This document shows, piece by piece, positions 18,685 to 34,413 of a stretch of DNA of 64,000 nucleotides (position 1 is its first letter; each line of letters starts with the position of its first letter). The position numbers and the translations under genes are program-made. Under the pieces are notes generated by a model. It was not told where the DNA came from and searched no databases. It saw only the letters and a program-made list of their open reading frames with translations. This DNA is from Blastocystis sp. Blastoise. Taxonomy: Eukaryota; Protista; Bigyra: Opalinata. Location: contig JBBPEB010000017.1 in assembly GCA_039096225.1 (NCBI GenBank), positions 682,001-746,000 on the forward strand, read 5' to 3'.

Positions 18685-19105
18685 AGTGGATATTTGTTTT
18701 TATGGATTATCTTGTTTTTGTGTGTCTTTCAATATATATTGCTTATTATTTGAAACATATACTCTTTTTCTTAGCTTAACTCAAGTGTATTTAGTTATTT
18801 AAAAGAAATATATCATGTGTGATTCTATAACTACTGGATAATAAACAAACCATTTTTAATCATCAATAAAACCAGCAAATAGAAAATAAAATGAGAAAAA
18901 CAAGTGCTATACATATATATAATTAGAAAAAGAAAATTGTAAAAAGAAAAATAAAACGAATAAAAAAAGTGTATTCTTTACAATAAAGGTACAAAAAAGT
19001 TAAAGTATATGTATACACAAATAGCAAGAGATCGAAGAATTAAACAGCTAGTTGAAATTATTCAGTGTATAAATATAAATTCATATATATATATATATTG
19101 TTTGT

Positions 19106-19273
19106 TTATGAAGATAATGGTAGATGCTCAGGAAGTTTATATTGTGAAGTAGTTTGAAGTAAATTTGCAGCTGCTAAGACTAACCCATCATTAAATTGTC
19201 TACCCATAAACTGAAGGGATTGAGGACGATTATTAAACATACGAATAGGAAAAGAAATTGCAGGAATACCTAA

Positions 19274-19308
<35 letters not shown>

Positions 19309-22173
19309 TAATAAGAATTGTTATTGTATCTATATTATTAATATAGGAAATGTAATAGATCATATAACTATAATAATAATATAATATATACCAGTAATGG
19401 ATGCAGGTACAGTCATGACATCAGCCATGTACATTTGTACGGATGACATTTTTGTTTCTGGAGAGAAAGCATCCATTGGAGTTGTAGGTGTTAATAAGAG
19501 GTCTACACCACTATAGAGGACAGGAGAGAGTCATAGGTATAGTATTAGATAATATTATATAGAGGTAACATAATAATAAAATAAGAATAATATATTATTT
19601 TTGTAATAATAAAATAAGAATAATATATTATTTTTGTAATAATAAAAAAAGAATAATATATTATTTTTGTTATAATATAATAAGAATAATATATTATTTT
19701 TGTAATAATAAAATAAGAATATATATATTATTTTTGTTATAATATAATAAGAATAAATATATGATAAATATTAGTATATATATACTTATCAAACACTTGG
19801 TTAACTTCTCTTCGAATAATATTTCTCATTTCACACGCAGGAATATAATAATCAGAATAACCGTTTTTAGAAACAGCATATGTGCCTACTAATACACGTT
19901 TCTATATAAAGACATGAATAATAGTATTATATATATATAGAGTATTTATAACATAATATGTAATAGATGAACAATGGTATAATATATATATAGATATACT
20001 TGAACTTCTGATCCGAATCCTTCAGATCGATTATTACGAATAAAATCTTTGAGATCTTTTATATCTTTCTTATCCTCTCTATAGAAACAAAAGGAGGTAA
20101 AGTATATAGAAGAAAAATAATAAACATAAACATAATAATAATAATAATAAACATAATAATAATAATATATACCTATAACCATAACGGATACCATCAAATT
20201 TAGCGAGGTTAGAAGCAGCTTCAGCTATATTATAAGCATAATAAATATAATATAATAATATAATAAATATAATAATATAATAAATATAATATAATAATAT
20301 AATAATATAATAAATATAATAAACCATATGTATATATACTTCCACAGACAATACTATAGATAGGAAGAGAGTATCTTACATGAGGTATAGATACTTCCAC
20401 TAATGTAGCACCCATCTCTCGACACATGTCCATACCTATCTGCCAATTCTCATGTACACAACCTATGTCATATATATAATAAAAAGAATAAACATAAAAT
20501 AATATACAAAATAACATAACAATAATAAACATAATAAACATAACAATAATAACATAAAATAACAAACATAACAATAATAACATAAAATAATAAACATAAC
20601 AATAATAAACATAATAAACATAACAATAATAAACATATAAATCTAATCAAAAATATCACTTTAAAAACAAGAAAAAATACTAAAACACAAAATACCTTTT
20701 AATTCTTCCGTGATGAATTCCCGTGGGATACCAATAGTAATACCTTTAAGATCTTTGGTTTGAAGACATTTTTCAAAAGTAGATATGTTATTAATATGAT
20801 GTACTTGTCTCACTTGTTCTCTCTCTTCTTCAGAAGCAGTTATACTATCCATATTATCAGGATGATTCAAAACATCATATACTAAAGCAGCATCACTATA
20901 TATATATATATATACAATTAAATAAATAAAAATACTATAATAACAATTCATAAATATCTATATAATAAAGAATTATGAGAATATTATATATATACATAGG
21001 TTCTCTAGTTAATACACCAGGTGTATCTAAAGAGGAAGCTAAAGAGATGACGCCATAACGAGAGAGGGATCCGTACGTAGGTTTAAAACCAACTATACCA
21101 CAGAAAGAACCAGGCTATAGAATAAATATAATATATATATAATATATATAATATATATATATTTTTAGTCATAATCCATAAAAAATAGAAAACTAATAAG
21201 CTAAAAAAACATTAAATAAATATAATAATAATATACTTGTCTGATAGAGCCACCAGTGTCACTCCCTAAAGCAGCGTAGCACATGCCACTTGCAACGGAA
21301 GCAGCTGACCCACCTGAACTACCCCCAGGAACAAGAGGGTTCTTGAGGGATCCCCAAGGATTATAACATTGACCATTATAAGTAAAAGAAGTAGCACTTC
21401 CCATTGCAAATTCATCCTATAAAGTATATAGAGTTACTATCATATATATATTAAATAAAATCAATATTATTGCATATAGTATTATAAATAGTATCGTCAA
21501 GAGAATAACAAATAATAAACTAACATAAAGAATAAAATAACATAATAGTGAACTGTAATGTATATAAATGTATAAATATAGACAATACTTTATAATAAAT
21601 ATATAATACTATTATAATAAAAATATAATACTATTATAATAAAAATATATAATACTACTATAATAAAAATATATAATACTATTATAATAAATATAAATAT
21701 AATTCTATAAAAAATATACCATGTTCGTTTTTCCAACGAAAACTGCACCTGCATCATAAAGAAGTCTAGTTACTGTAGAATCATAAGGAGCAGTGAATGT
21801 ATGAAGCGTTTTTGAAGAATCCGTAGTAGTTCCTTCTTTTGTACAGAAGTTATCTTTAATAGCAATAGGCATACCATCAATTAAAGATAATTGACGTCCA
21901 TTCATCCAACGGTATTCACTTTCTACAGCAGCACGCTGAGAGCTCTATAATATTGAAATAAGTAACATAGTATAAATTAAAAAAATATGCTGAAAAAAGC
22001 CAAAAAGAAAGCTAATGAGTATAAAAACATACTTCTTTATAGTCACAGACAATAGCATTTAGCCACTTGTATGATTCTATGTTCTTACGACATGTCGATA
22101 AAATCTGTGTAGGATGAATAGCACTTTTTGCAAATAATTGTGTTGCTTTATAATAAGTCTGAGGGAGACTCAT
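19106..22173 (-). CDS. QRSL1: Glutamyl-tRNA(Gln) amidotransferase subunit A (organellar GatCAB), about 11 exons
   Basis: [15 protein letters not shown]|[31 protein letters not shown]|[55 protein letters not shown]. Confidence 0.93.
19575..19755. repeat. Intronic minisatellite, unit about 30 bp (AATAAAATAAGAATAATATATTATTTTTGT), about 6 copies
   Basis: Direct tandem copies inside a GatA intron. Confidence 0.8.
21597..21695. repeat. Intronic minisatellite, unit about 23 bp (AAAATATATAATACTATTATAAT), about 4 copies
   Basis: Direct tandem copies inside a GatA intron. Confidence 0.75.
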
Positions 22174-23263
22174 GGTAAACTACTCTCTTCTTAAATAAAT
22201 GTTTCTGAAAATTTATATAAGAAATAAAAACAAGAGTGGAAAAAAACATTAATTCTCCTTCTTGAAATGTGTAACTAAGAATGAAAATTAACTAGATAAC
22301 AAGGTTTTCCCCGTAATTATTCGTTAATGAAAAAGATAAACCTCTTGTTTTGTGTGTGGGGCAAATCGAGAATTAAAAGGAGAACAACAATGAAAGAGAA
22401 ACAAATCATGAAATTTCTACAATTTTTCTATCATCATAGGTTTTTCTATGTATAAAAACATATCTAACCCTAGTAAAATAAAAAACGTGTTGATAAATAT
22501 GTTATTGACATGATCAACTATTTTTGAATAACAAAGAAACAATTGAATCTAATTTGCTTATTTGTAATTGATTTTTAGAACATATAAAAATCAGGGTAGA
22601 ACACCAAACGTTCAATATGTAAAATTATTAGAATATATAAAATATTCACTAATCAAGGTTCCACGAAAAGTCTTGGATAATAATAAGCATCACCAGATTT
22701 CTCTATATTTTAAACATTTTCAAGAAGAAAGAGCTATAATTGTTATAATAGTTCTTCATTCATTGCTTCTGGGATAACGGATATATGAACTAAAAAGTAG
22801 ATTCATACTTGAACATCAAAAGATAAATAAAGATTCATTGATAATCGCTTCAATTATTTAGAGAAGAAAAGATTGACACACTCTGTTTCAACATTATTCA
22901 GCATATCTTCAATTGCAGTGTTTTTTCCAGAAATCAATGATTTCAACGAAAAATATGAATGGCTATAATATCAATCAAACCTTTGTCTCAAAAATAAGCC
23001 AATACACTTCTCAACTGATTCCTACCTTTCGACTTTTCTACCGAATTAATGGATCATTACTATTGTTGTTATCCTGACGACGACGTGTCATTCCATTTCA
23101 AGCCAATATTATGAAAGGTCGTGATTATTCTTGATCAGAAACGTCATGTCATTTTCTTTACGAATATTCACTAAAACAGATAAAATACTGACTGTTATAA
23201 GGTTGTATTGACAGTTTTATCAAGTCAATATTTATTATTGAATTGTGAAATTAGAACTTCAAT

Positions 23264-26200
23264 ATGATATTTAATATTCTTATTTTACTATTAACTTTTA
23301 ACCTTGGTATTCACTGATCATTATTTACGAGATTAACTGATTATTTATAGTCTTCGGCCAAGATTGTGTCAATGCAGTCGTCACGAAACAAAACAAAGGA
23401 AGCGCGTATAAGGAAGAATATTATCTTTATGATAGAGATGATAATTCTGAAAAGTGTCATTATAAAGCTGGGCTCCTCGATAATAATAAATCTAAGAGCT
23501 GTACTGTATGTCTAAAACCTTATACACGATATGAGATCGTTATGAACGATAGGTATGTCACTTTATTCTTTTTGCTAATTCTCTTCTAGTGGTGGTAATG
23601 GTTGGGGCAGTTCTAAAAATAACGACGCTAAAATCACTGTAGAACAAATTGGATATACTATTTTATCAGACACTATGGCTTATGGTAGTGATGGTGTTTA
23701 TTCCAAAACTGTCTCTTTTTATTGTATTTTTTTAGAGAATATATAATAAATAACATTATATATAATATATAGCGGGTCTTGCTGTTGCTCCTAGTTCAAG
23801 TTGGAGTTATATAGATAGTGAACAATCAGGAGATGATTGGAAATTATCTTCATTTGATGCTTCTTCTTGGGCCTCTGGCAGTTCTTTCCCTTCTATCGCA
23901 ACAACTAGATACTATCGTTATACTATTACTTATCCTAATGATATTTCTCAACTGTCTGCTATTGAAGTTGCTATTATGCAAGGATCAGGCTATGTTATTT
24001 ATATTGAAGGTCAAGAAGTAACCCGCCAAAATATGCCTACGTATGCAGTTTCCTTCTATACATTTTATTTAAATTCTTTTAATATATAGAAGTACTATAA
24101 ATATATTATTATTAAGTATTCTATATGATATATATATATATAGTGGTAGTGTCACTTATTCGACAAGAAGTACGGGTACTGATACATCAAATAAATATAA
24201 AAGGTATTCATTATATATATATATATAATAGTTTTCTCATCATATATAATTATATTATATTATATTATATTATATTATATTATATTATATTATATTATAT
24301 TATATTATATTAGCTACATAATATAATATATAATACATATATGATACTATATATGATACTATATATGATACTATATATAATACACTATAATACTCTATAA
24401 TACTCTATAATACACTATTCTTATAGAATATCTGTAAGTGCTCGTCAATATATACTTTCTTCTACATTTACTATTGCTATTGAAGTTCATACTCAAGAAG
24501 GTTCTTCAGATACTGCAGATTTCTTTAATGCATGGATTCGTGTCGATCCAAGAAGTATATATATATATATATAATATTTTATTTTTATAAAATAGAATAA
24601 CTATTCCTCTATAACTAAATAGTATTCATATTGATTATTTACTATGTATCACTATTTAGTTATTTTTAATTATTTTATTTTTATTTAATATATATATTTA
24701 TATATATTTGATCTTATTATACTATAAATAGCTTCTGGAAGTCGTATAAATGGTTTAATGACATATGCAGGTAGTTGTAGTGCTAGTTATGATGATTATT
24801 CTGATGAACATTGTGCACAAGGTCTGGATGGTCTTGCAGAGTATAAATGGTATGGAGGTAATAAAGAACCCAAATGGATCTCCTTCACATTCTATGATGA
24901 TAGGTATATATAGTATATATAGTATAATAATATAATAATATAAAAGAATTATATAATATAATAAAATTATATAAAATATAATAAATGATATTATATATCA
25001 TTTCAATCACTATTCTTTTTATTGATAATATATTATTATTATAAATCATATTATATTAGATATATTATGATTTAACTGTTTAAAATAGTAATTATTTATC
25101 TATATCTATATATAGACGTGATTGGATAGGTTCATATGGTATGCGAAGCGGTAATGATATTCCAGCACGTGATCCTTCCACGTGGCAATTAATGGGATCC
25201 AATGATAATGGAAATACATGGGAATTGATCGATTATAGAGAAAATCAATATTTCATCTCTAGATTACAAGAAATCATTTATTATGTTCCTAGTAATAGAA
25301 TTGCCTATAATTCCTACAGACTCAATGTTTGTATATATATATATATTGTATAATTATACTATTTATTCGTTATATATATAAACATATTAAAAAATAACTG
25401 TACACATATATATACTTCATATATGTCTTGCATATTAATCTACTATTATTTTCTTTCTTCTTTCTATTCTCTATCCTCTATTCATTATAGTACAAGTTGC
25501 TAGTGGAAATGAAGTTCAATTATCCGATCTTAATTTATATAGTACTAATACAGATATATTAACTGCTGGTATTCATTATCCAGAAACTGAATTTCACTTA
25601 AATATGGGTGTAAATTCTATTAATGTTACTCCTACTAATACTGGATATATAAGTTATACATGTACTCCTACTCTTCCTGATGGTATTACTATAAATACAA
25701 ATACAGGTACTATTTCAGGTATACCTACTTCTTCTCCTCTTACTACTAGTTATTCTATTTGTGCTGTTTCAACATCACTTGGAGATGCTTGTACTACTAT
25801 CACTATTGATGTTATTGGTATATATATATATTCACTCTTATTATTACATTTATTATTTGATCATTTCTTCTTTTCTTCTTTTTTTTTATAGTTATACTAT
25901 ATATAATTATGATATATATTTTCTATATTTTCATTTCATCTCCATTTAAAATAATTGTTACCCAATTATTAATTATGTTCTTTATTAATATATATCTATA
26001 TCTCTATCTATCTACAGGATGTTCTCAACCTTCTAAAGCACGATTTGATATTATAAAAAGTAATAAGAATGGAGGAACTACAGAGTCTTGGAAGATGTAT
26101 AATAGTGAAAATGAATTAATTCAAGATTCTACAGGCCTTTCAAATACAGAACAATCCTTTTCTTACTGTGTCCCCGCGGGAATCTATACTTTTGTTCTTC

Positions 26201-29200
26201 AAGATGGAGGTAATAACGGCTGGGATGCTGGTTCTTATTTAACTATATATATGTTTAGTAATGGTGAAGATATAGCTTCTCGTTATATAATTGGACGATT
26301 GAGTGTTATGTACGTTGGAACAGCTACTTATCAAGTAAATACTCAACATTATATATGGCAGAATCTTCATTGGAAATCAAATCTTATTACTGATTCTATT
26401 CCTGAAGCATGGTATACTACTAGTTATAGTGATTCTGATTGGACAATTCAAACCACTCCAATTGAAACAACCACTAATATATGGCTATTTAGAAATACAT
26501 TTGAAATTACGAATATAACTGCTGTTACTGGCTTTAATACTCGTATATATACTCGTGGTGGATATATAGTCTATATAAATGGTCAAGAATTATATAGATA
26601 TAATATTGCTGCTGGTGCTCTTTCTTCTTCTTCAATTCCTCTATCGATGGAAGATACGTTTTCATGGAAATCAGTATCAGGTAAAGTTGGATATCTTAAT
26701 TTAGGTACAAATACTATGGCTATTGCTATTATTAATACTCCTTCTTCTACTGCTACTACTTCTACATTTATGGCTGTTGTTTATTCTATTAGTTCGTCTA
26801 ATGAAATTAGCCGTACATGGGATATTACAGCAACAGCTACTTCTAACAGAGATGATAGTAATGTATATAATTTATTTGATTATGATCTTAATTCTCGTTG
26901 GATTGCTTATGCTAATTTAGGAGATACTCAATCTATTATAGTTACCTTTAATAATAGAGCTGAATATATTAATAAATATTGTATTACTTCTCATTTTGAT
27001 GCACCTCAACATGATCCTCGTTCATGGACTTTAGAATCCTCAAATGATAATGGTAATACGTATATATCAATTGCTTCAGAACAAGAAATTTATTGGGATG
27101 GAAGAGGTGAACGTCAATGCTTTTTTATTACTTCTACTCCTTCTCCTGTATCGACATTAAAACTTACTATTACTTCTGCTAGAGAAAATCTAGCTACCAA
27201 TTCTTATGCTATTTCTGAATTAGAATTTTTAATTGAAGATTTAGATTCTCTTGTTATTCCTGATTTATCTTATACTCCTAATACTATTTTAGCTTATAGA
27301 AATCAAGTATTCCCAGGATTATCGATCAGCTCTAAATATTTCCATCATTTTACTATTACTCCTTCTCTTCCTGATGGTTTAACTATAGATGTTGGTGATG
27401 GTCAAATTATGGGTTCTTCTTCTACTTCTCTTTCAGCTACTACTTATACAATATCTGCAATAAATCATCTAGGTATATCTCAATCAACTCAACTTACTAT
27501 TACTATTGATATTTGTGCTACTCCTAATATCCTATTTAAACTTGAATATACTTTTGAAGAAAAAGGAGAAGAAGCTAGTTTTATTCTTAAAAAACGATCT
27601 GATAATTCTATCGTTGATTCTCGTGATAAACTTATTTCTTGGTCTACAAATACATATACTTATTGTAATGTTGCTTCTATATATGATATTACTTTATATG
27701 ATACTGCTAATGACGGTTGGGGTAATGGATCTTATAAAGTTATTTTAGAAGATAATACTGTATTAACTTCAGGTACAGTCACATCAGGTCAATCACCTAA
27801 GACTATTAGTATTAATATTGGTAAGATTATTCATCCTACTAATTCAATTTGGAAAGTATTCTATGGTGTTTCAGAACCCTCTAATGATTGGAATACTGTT
27901 TCTTTCAATGATATGACATGGACTTCTTCTAGTTTATCTGCAATTACAAGTACTTCCTCAACAACTACTTATTTCCGTCTTTCTTTTATTCCTGTTGATT
28001 TCCAATTATATTCTGCTTATGAAATAGTATTTTATACTAAAGCTGGATTTATTGCTTATTTAAATGGCAAAGAGATTTATCGTGTGAATATGCCTACAGA
28101 AGATCTTATCAATAAGGATACTTTATCTACAAATATATTTGAAGAATGGACTGCTTATACAATTGTACTTCATACTCAATTTAATCCTTTACAAGAAGGT
28201 GTTAATAATATACTTGCTTTTGAATATCACACAAATGGTCAAATAGATACTTCTTGTCAATTCTCTGTTAGTATGTCTATGATGACTGATAATACATATA
28301 GAGTAGTTGAAGGTACTTATTGGTCTGATATTATTACTACAGGAGATGAAGGTACTTCTATGTTATTTGATAATAATATTAATACCAAAGCTCTTCGTGA
28401 TAATAATGGTTTAGGTGCTTTATTTGAATGGAAATATACAAATAGACGTGAAGTTATTAATCGTTTTATTATAGGTAATGGTAATGATTGTAATAAACGT
28501 CATCCTACAGGATGGGTAATAGAAGGTAGTAATGATGAACAAGAATGGACTAGTCTTCAAACTACACATAATTATGAATGGACTTCTTTTAAAAGTACAC
28601 GAATTATGGATGTTCCGAATGATATAGCTTATCAATATTATCGTTTACGTATTACAGAAATGAATGGAGATTATATGAATTTCTTAGATTGGTGTTCAGG
28701 AGGTAAGTTCCAATTAAGTGAATTCCAGTTATATTCAAAACGTTTAGTTAGTCCTTGTTCTGCTATTCAGGGATATTCAGCAACATTAAATTCTCAATGG
28801 GCTACAAGATCTTGTGATTCTGGTTATTCAGGACAATATAAGCGTCAATGTCAAGAAGGTGTTTTCTCTGAAGAAATTGATGAATGTTCACTTGCTATAC
28901 CTACTATATCCTATTCTACTACTTCTTATACACTAACTACAAAGATAACAATAGATCCTATTGTTCCTACACTTACTGGTCTTAATGTAACATTAGCTAT
29001 TACTCCTCTTCTTCCTGAAGGTCTTTCTTTTGATATATATACTGGTATTATTACAGGAATGACTGATATATCTATTCCAACAACTGAATATACTATAACT
29101 ATTGCTAATGAAGCTGGCTCTGCAGTCACTTCTATATCTTTAACTATTAATGTTATCTCTTGTCCTATTGATGGTATTTGGCCTAGTACACCTATTGAAC

Positions 29201-32200
29201 AAACTTATTCTATGGAATGTACTGATTCTAATTATGAAGGTAGTATATCTCGTTCATGCTTATATGATGGTTCCAATCCTACATGGGGTGATATTGTTGA
29301 TACATGTATTCTTCGTTATCCTATTATTACATTTGTTCCTTCTACATATATATTCTTTGCTAATGAACCAATTCTTCCTATAATTCCTATAACTCAATAT
29401 ATAATAGATCAAGGATATACTATAGAGCCATCTTTACCTCAAGGATTAGTATTAGATACTACTACAGGTATTATTACTGGTACTTCTTCTACTTCTTCTA
29501 GCTTAAAGGAATATATTCTTACCGGAAGAAATAGTGCTAATCGTACAGGATCTGCTACTGTTACTATTACAGTGAAGTCTTCTACTTGTATTGAAGAATA
29601 CCCTTGGCCTTCTACTGAACATACTCAAACAGCTACAGTTCCTTGCGATCCTTCTTTAGAATATGAAGGTGAACGTTCTAGAACATGTGTTCTTGGTGTT
29701 TGGGGATCAATTAATACTGATAATTGTATACTTCGTTTCCCTTATAACGTTACTTATCCTTCTATTATAGCTGTTCATAAGGATTTCCCTATGACTCCTG
29801 TTACTCCTACATATTTAGGTAGAGTTGATTCTTGGGTAATTACACCTTTACTTCCTTCTGGACTTCTATTTAATACAGTTACAGGTACTATTAGTGGTAC
29901 TGGATATACTATGGGAGATACTGTATATAGTATTCAAGCTATTAATAGTCGTGGTGCTTCTCAAGTTAGTATAACTCTTCGTGTTGTTGATACTATATGC
30001 GATTATGAAGGATGGCCAGATACAGAAGTAGGTGCTATTGCTACAAAACCTTGTGAAGATACAGTTAATTATGATGGTTATCAACAGGCAACTTGTTTAG
30101 CTGGATCACCTGCTTATTTCTCACCTGTTGATACTTCTAATTGTTTGAAGAAAGCTCCTACAGATGTTTATTATACTCCTTCTACTGTTTATGTAGAAAT
30201 TGGTGACTCTATATCTCTTACTGCTCATTTTACTAATATTGTTGAACAAATAATTATATCTCCTTCTCTTCCTCAAGGAGTATTATTAGATCCTATAACA
30301 GGTAATATTTCTGGTTCTACTACTATTCCAACATTACTTATTGAATATCATGTTATCTTTAAGAATAGTGACAATAGTGCTGCTCCTATTACTATTACTA
30401 TTTCTGTTGTTCCTAAAGTATGCTATAGTGATACTATATGGACAGAAACTCCTAAAGGAGAAACAGCATCTATTCCATGTTCCAATCCCTCTCAATATGA
30501 AGGAACACAAACAAGAGTATGTAATGCTGGTGATAATGGTTATGCTCCTTCATGGGGTGCTATTAATTCTTCAGGATGTAAAAAACGTACTCCTTATGAT
30601 ATTTCTTATACTCCTAATACATTAACTATCTATAAAGATGAAGTAGCTACTTTAACTCCTGTATTCTCTGGATTAGTAGAAACAATTACTATTACTCCTT
30701 CTCTTCCATCTGGTCTTTCTATTTCTCAAAGTACAGGTATTATTAGTGGTACACCTTCGATAGTATCATCACAAAAGACATATTCTATTGTCTTTGCAAA
30801 TAGTGATAATACTGCTGAAGCTGTTACTGTATCTATAACAGTATTAAGATCTACTTGTGCTACTGAAGGTGATTGGATAGAAGCTACTAAAGGAACATAT
30901 AGTAATATTGACTGTGAAGATTCTGCTAATTATGAAGGTTTTAGAGCTCGTTTATGTTCTGTAGTCACTCCTAATACAGAACCTATATGGGGAACAATAG
31001 ATAATTCAAATTGTAAGAAAAAAGCTCCTTCTTCTATTTCATATCCTTCAACTACTATATATGCAGAAATAGGATCTTTATTAGTAGTTATTCCTTCATT
31101 CTCAGGTCTTGTAGAAACTATTATAGTAACTCCATCTCTTCCTAATGGATTGTCTATTTCTCAAACATCAGGTACTATTTCAGGTACTCCTACTACTGCT
31201 CAATCTATAACTTCATATTCATTAACATTTAAGAATTCAAATAAATCTGCTGAACCTATAACAATATCTATTGTTATTACTCCTTCTACATGTAGTGCTA
31301 CAGGTATATGGTCAGTAACATCAAAAGGTCAAATGGCTACTGCCTCTTGTGCTGATCCAGAGAATTATGAAGGTATTCAAACAAGACAATGTATTCATAA
31401 TGGTCAAGGAATAGCTCCTTCTTGGGGTTCTATCAATACTTCTGCTTGCAAGAAACGTTCTCCTTATAGTATTAATTATGATTCTATTGTTGGTGAACAT
31501 AATGTACCTATCAATGTTGCTCCTACTGTGTTTGGTATTGTAGAAAATGTTCAGATAACTCCTTCTCTTCCTCAAGGATTGACATATAGTACTACTACTG
31601 GAGCTATTACTGGTATTCCTTCTATTCCTACTTTATCTCAAGAATATACTATAACATTTAGTAATTCTGATAATACATCTACTCCTTATGTATTTACTAT
31701 TGAAATTAAAGGTTATTGTTCTGCTGAAGGTGATTGGCCAAAAACAGAAAGAGGACAAATAGCTTATATCGATTGTACGAATGCTAGTGGTATTCGTACA
31801 AGAGCTTGTGGTAATTCTATTCAAGATATAGATTATTCATGGAAAAATGAAGATAATTCATTATGTGTACTTATTAATCAACAAGAACAACCTGAATATG
31901 GATTCACTTTTATTTATACTTTTATTACTGTATATATATATATATATTTATTTATTATTTGTTTATATATAATATTTTTATAATAATATAATTATTATCT
32001 CGCTTTAAAATTTATACATCTATATTATATACATTAAAAAAAATATCTATAAATATGAATATACTTTTATAACTATTTCTATTTCTTTAGTTAATGAATA
32101 CTGATTCTACAAAGATAACATCATATCATAAAGAACAATTACGATTATTATTAGGAAAAAGATTAAGTACTGTAATTAATGATAATAAGAATATTGTGAT

Positions 32201-32612
32201 TGTATCTGTTTCTGGAAATTTAAATACGAATCAATTCTATAGTGATAATACACAAGTAAATCTTCGTCTTCTTTCTAGTAAAGAATCTACTGATATAGTT
32301 ATTGAAAGTATGAAAAACTATACATCAGGTGTTGAAGTAACAAATGATTTGAAATCTATTGATTCTACTGTATTCCAGAATACTCAAGTATATTATGAGC
32401 CTTCAACAATTACTATGACACAAGGTCCTGCTTTATCTCCTATTATGTTATGGTCTATTATTGGAGGTATTATCATAATTGTAGTTATTGTGGTCATTGT
32501 AGTTATTGCTGTAGTCATGAATAGTCATAAGAAGAAAACTAGAATTGTTAAGATAAAACCTGCAAATACTGTAAAATCTACTCAACCAAAACCAAAACCT
32601 ACTCAAATTTAA
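23264..32612 (+). CDS. Giant type-I membrane surface protein: signal peptide, galactose-binding/F5-8C-like domains, He_PIG Ig-like repeats alternating with 8 HormR-like Cys domains, SEA-like stalk, one TM, short Lys-rich tail
   Basis: MIFNILILLLTFNL|VFGQD signal peptide; DPSTWQLMGSND, DPRSWTLESSND and HPTGWVIEGSND discoidin-like motifs; repeated LP.GL.I...TG.I.G (He_PIG) and C...G.W..T......C....YEG...R.C......W.....C (HormR); TM IIGGIIIIVVIVVIVVIAVVM. One exon of about 5.9 kb (26018-31929). Confidence 0.88.
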
Positions 32613-33197
32613 AGGTTATTATATCCATTTTTAACCTTTTTAAAAATGTAATTTAGTTATATTTGATTTCTTTTTTATCATATTTATTTTTTAAATTCGT
32701 ATATATCTTTTATTTTTTATCGTTTTGTTATTTTCTTGATTTGTTATACCGTGTTTTATTTTTTTCATTGATTTATTTTTATTAATATTCTTTTAATGTT
32801 ATATATTTGTTTTGTTATAAATTACAAATTAAATAATTCAATTTTTGTATTTGACAGGGTTAAATTATGTTGTTACATCATTTAGATCTTTCTATTAGGC
32901 AAAAGTTGCTGTTTTCAATACAGATACTTTATAGGATACTATAACATACGCTACTGTAATAATAAGCTATTATGTTTGGAATGATTATAAGCAAATTAGT
33001 TGCTATGAATAAAAATAATTGTTATAATTTATAAATAAAGTTATGCCCAACTCATACCACTTATCCAAGACTATGACTTTCTTTTAAATTACATTTAAAA
33101 TGAAAAAATATATTTTTGAATTGCTGAAAATTGTTGAAAAAAAGATAATTGTGTTGAATATAGCTGAAGAATTGATTCCATCTTAATTATTGATTGA

Positions 33198-34342
33198 ATG
33201 CATTCTTTTCAAATATTATTGATATTATTATGTATAATTGGATGTAACAGCCTACTATCAAAAAGAGATCCAGCTTCTTTAGTAAAAGCTAGTCAATATT
33301 GGAATCATAAAATTAGAGGTATCACTATTATTGTATGAAACATATTATAAATAGGTCAAAATATTAAAATATGTGTGTTAGATACTGGAATTAGTCGAGA
33401 ACTTGATAAATCATCTATAATTTTCTCTGAGATCAAGGACTTTACAGATGAAGGATCTATATATACTTCCTTGGACCATGGGACTTTTATAAGTGGAGTA
33501 TATATATTTATTTAATTCATTTATTGTTGTTAGGTAATTCATAGTCATAATAAGAAATGTCTTGGAATCGCTCCAGAATCATTTTTATATCTCTTTAAAG
33601 TTTACTCAAATAATGGCTGTATTTTCGATTGTATTTATGAATTATAATATCTAAATAGCGACTTGTTCACAATGGATTGTCAATGCAATTCAATATTCAA
33701 TAGATATACAATGTAATCTTATTAATATTTCAAATGGATCGATAGACTTTACGGATAATGCTATAACTACAATCATAAAAACCGCGGTTATTCATAATAT
33801 TACAGTAGTTTCGGCAGCAGGTAATTCTGGACCTATTTATGGGTATATATATAATATAGAAAGACATTATGATTGTTGATATATATAATATATATATTGT
33901 TTATATTTTCTATTATATGTTCAATATTATTTAATATAATATTCTTAGGTAGTAATATATACATATATATATATATGTTATATCTATATTTACAATACTA
34001 AAAAATGCAATTATATCTAATTATTTATTCGTTTTTTATATCATTTTATTTTGTTTTTGATTTATTTCTATTTCTCCCTACTTTCAAGGTCTCATACCCA
34101 TCCCTCCGAGTTACCTTATGTCTTTAGCGTTGGTAGTCTTTCCATCCCTGACAACTGTGTGGCTCACTTTTCAAGTAGGGGGATGACAACTCGTGAATTA
34201 AATGAAATACATATATATAATAAACATATATGTAGATCTAATAATAATTATAAGAATATATCTTTATATATAAATCCAAGTGGAAGAATTAAACCAGATA
34301 TTGTTACTCATGGTATGTATATATATATATATATTTATTATT

Positions 34343-34413
<71 letters not shown>

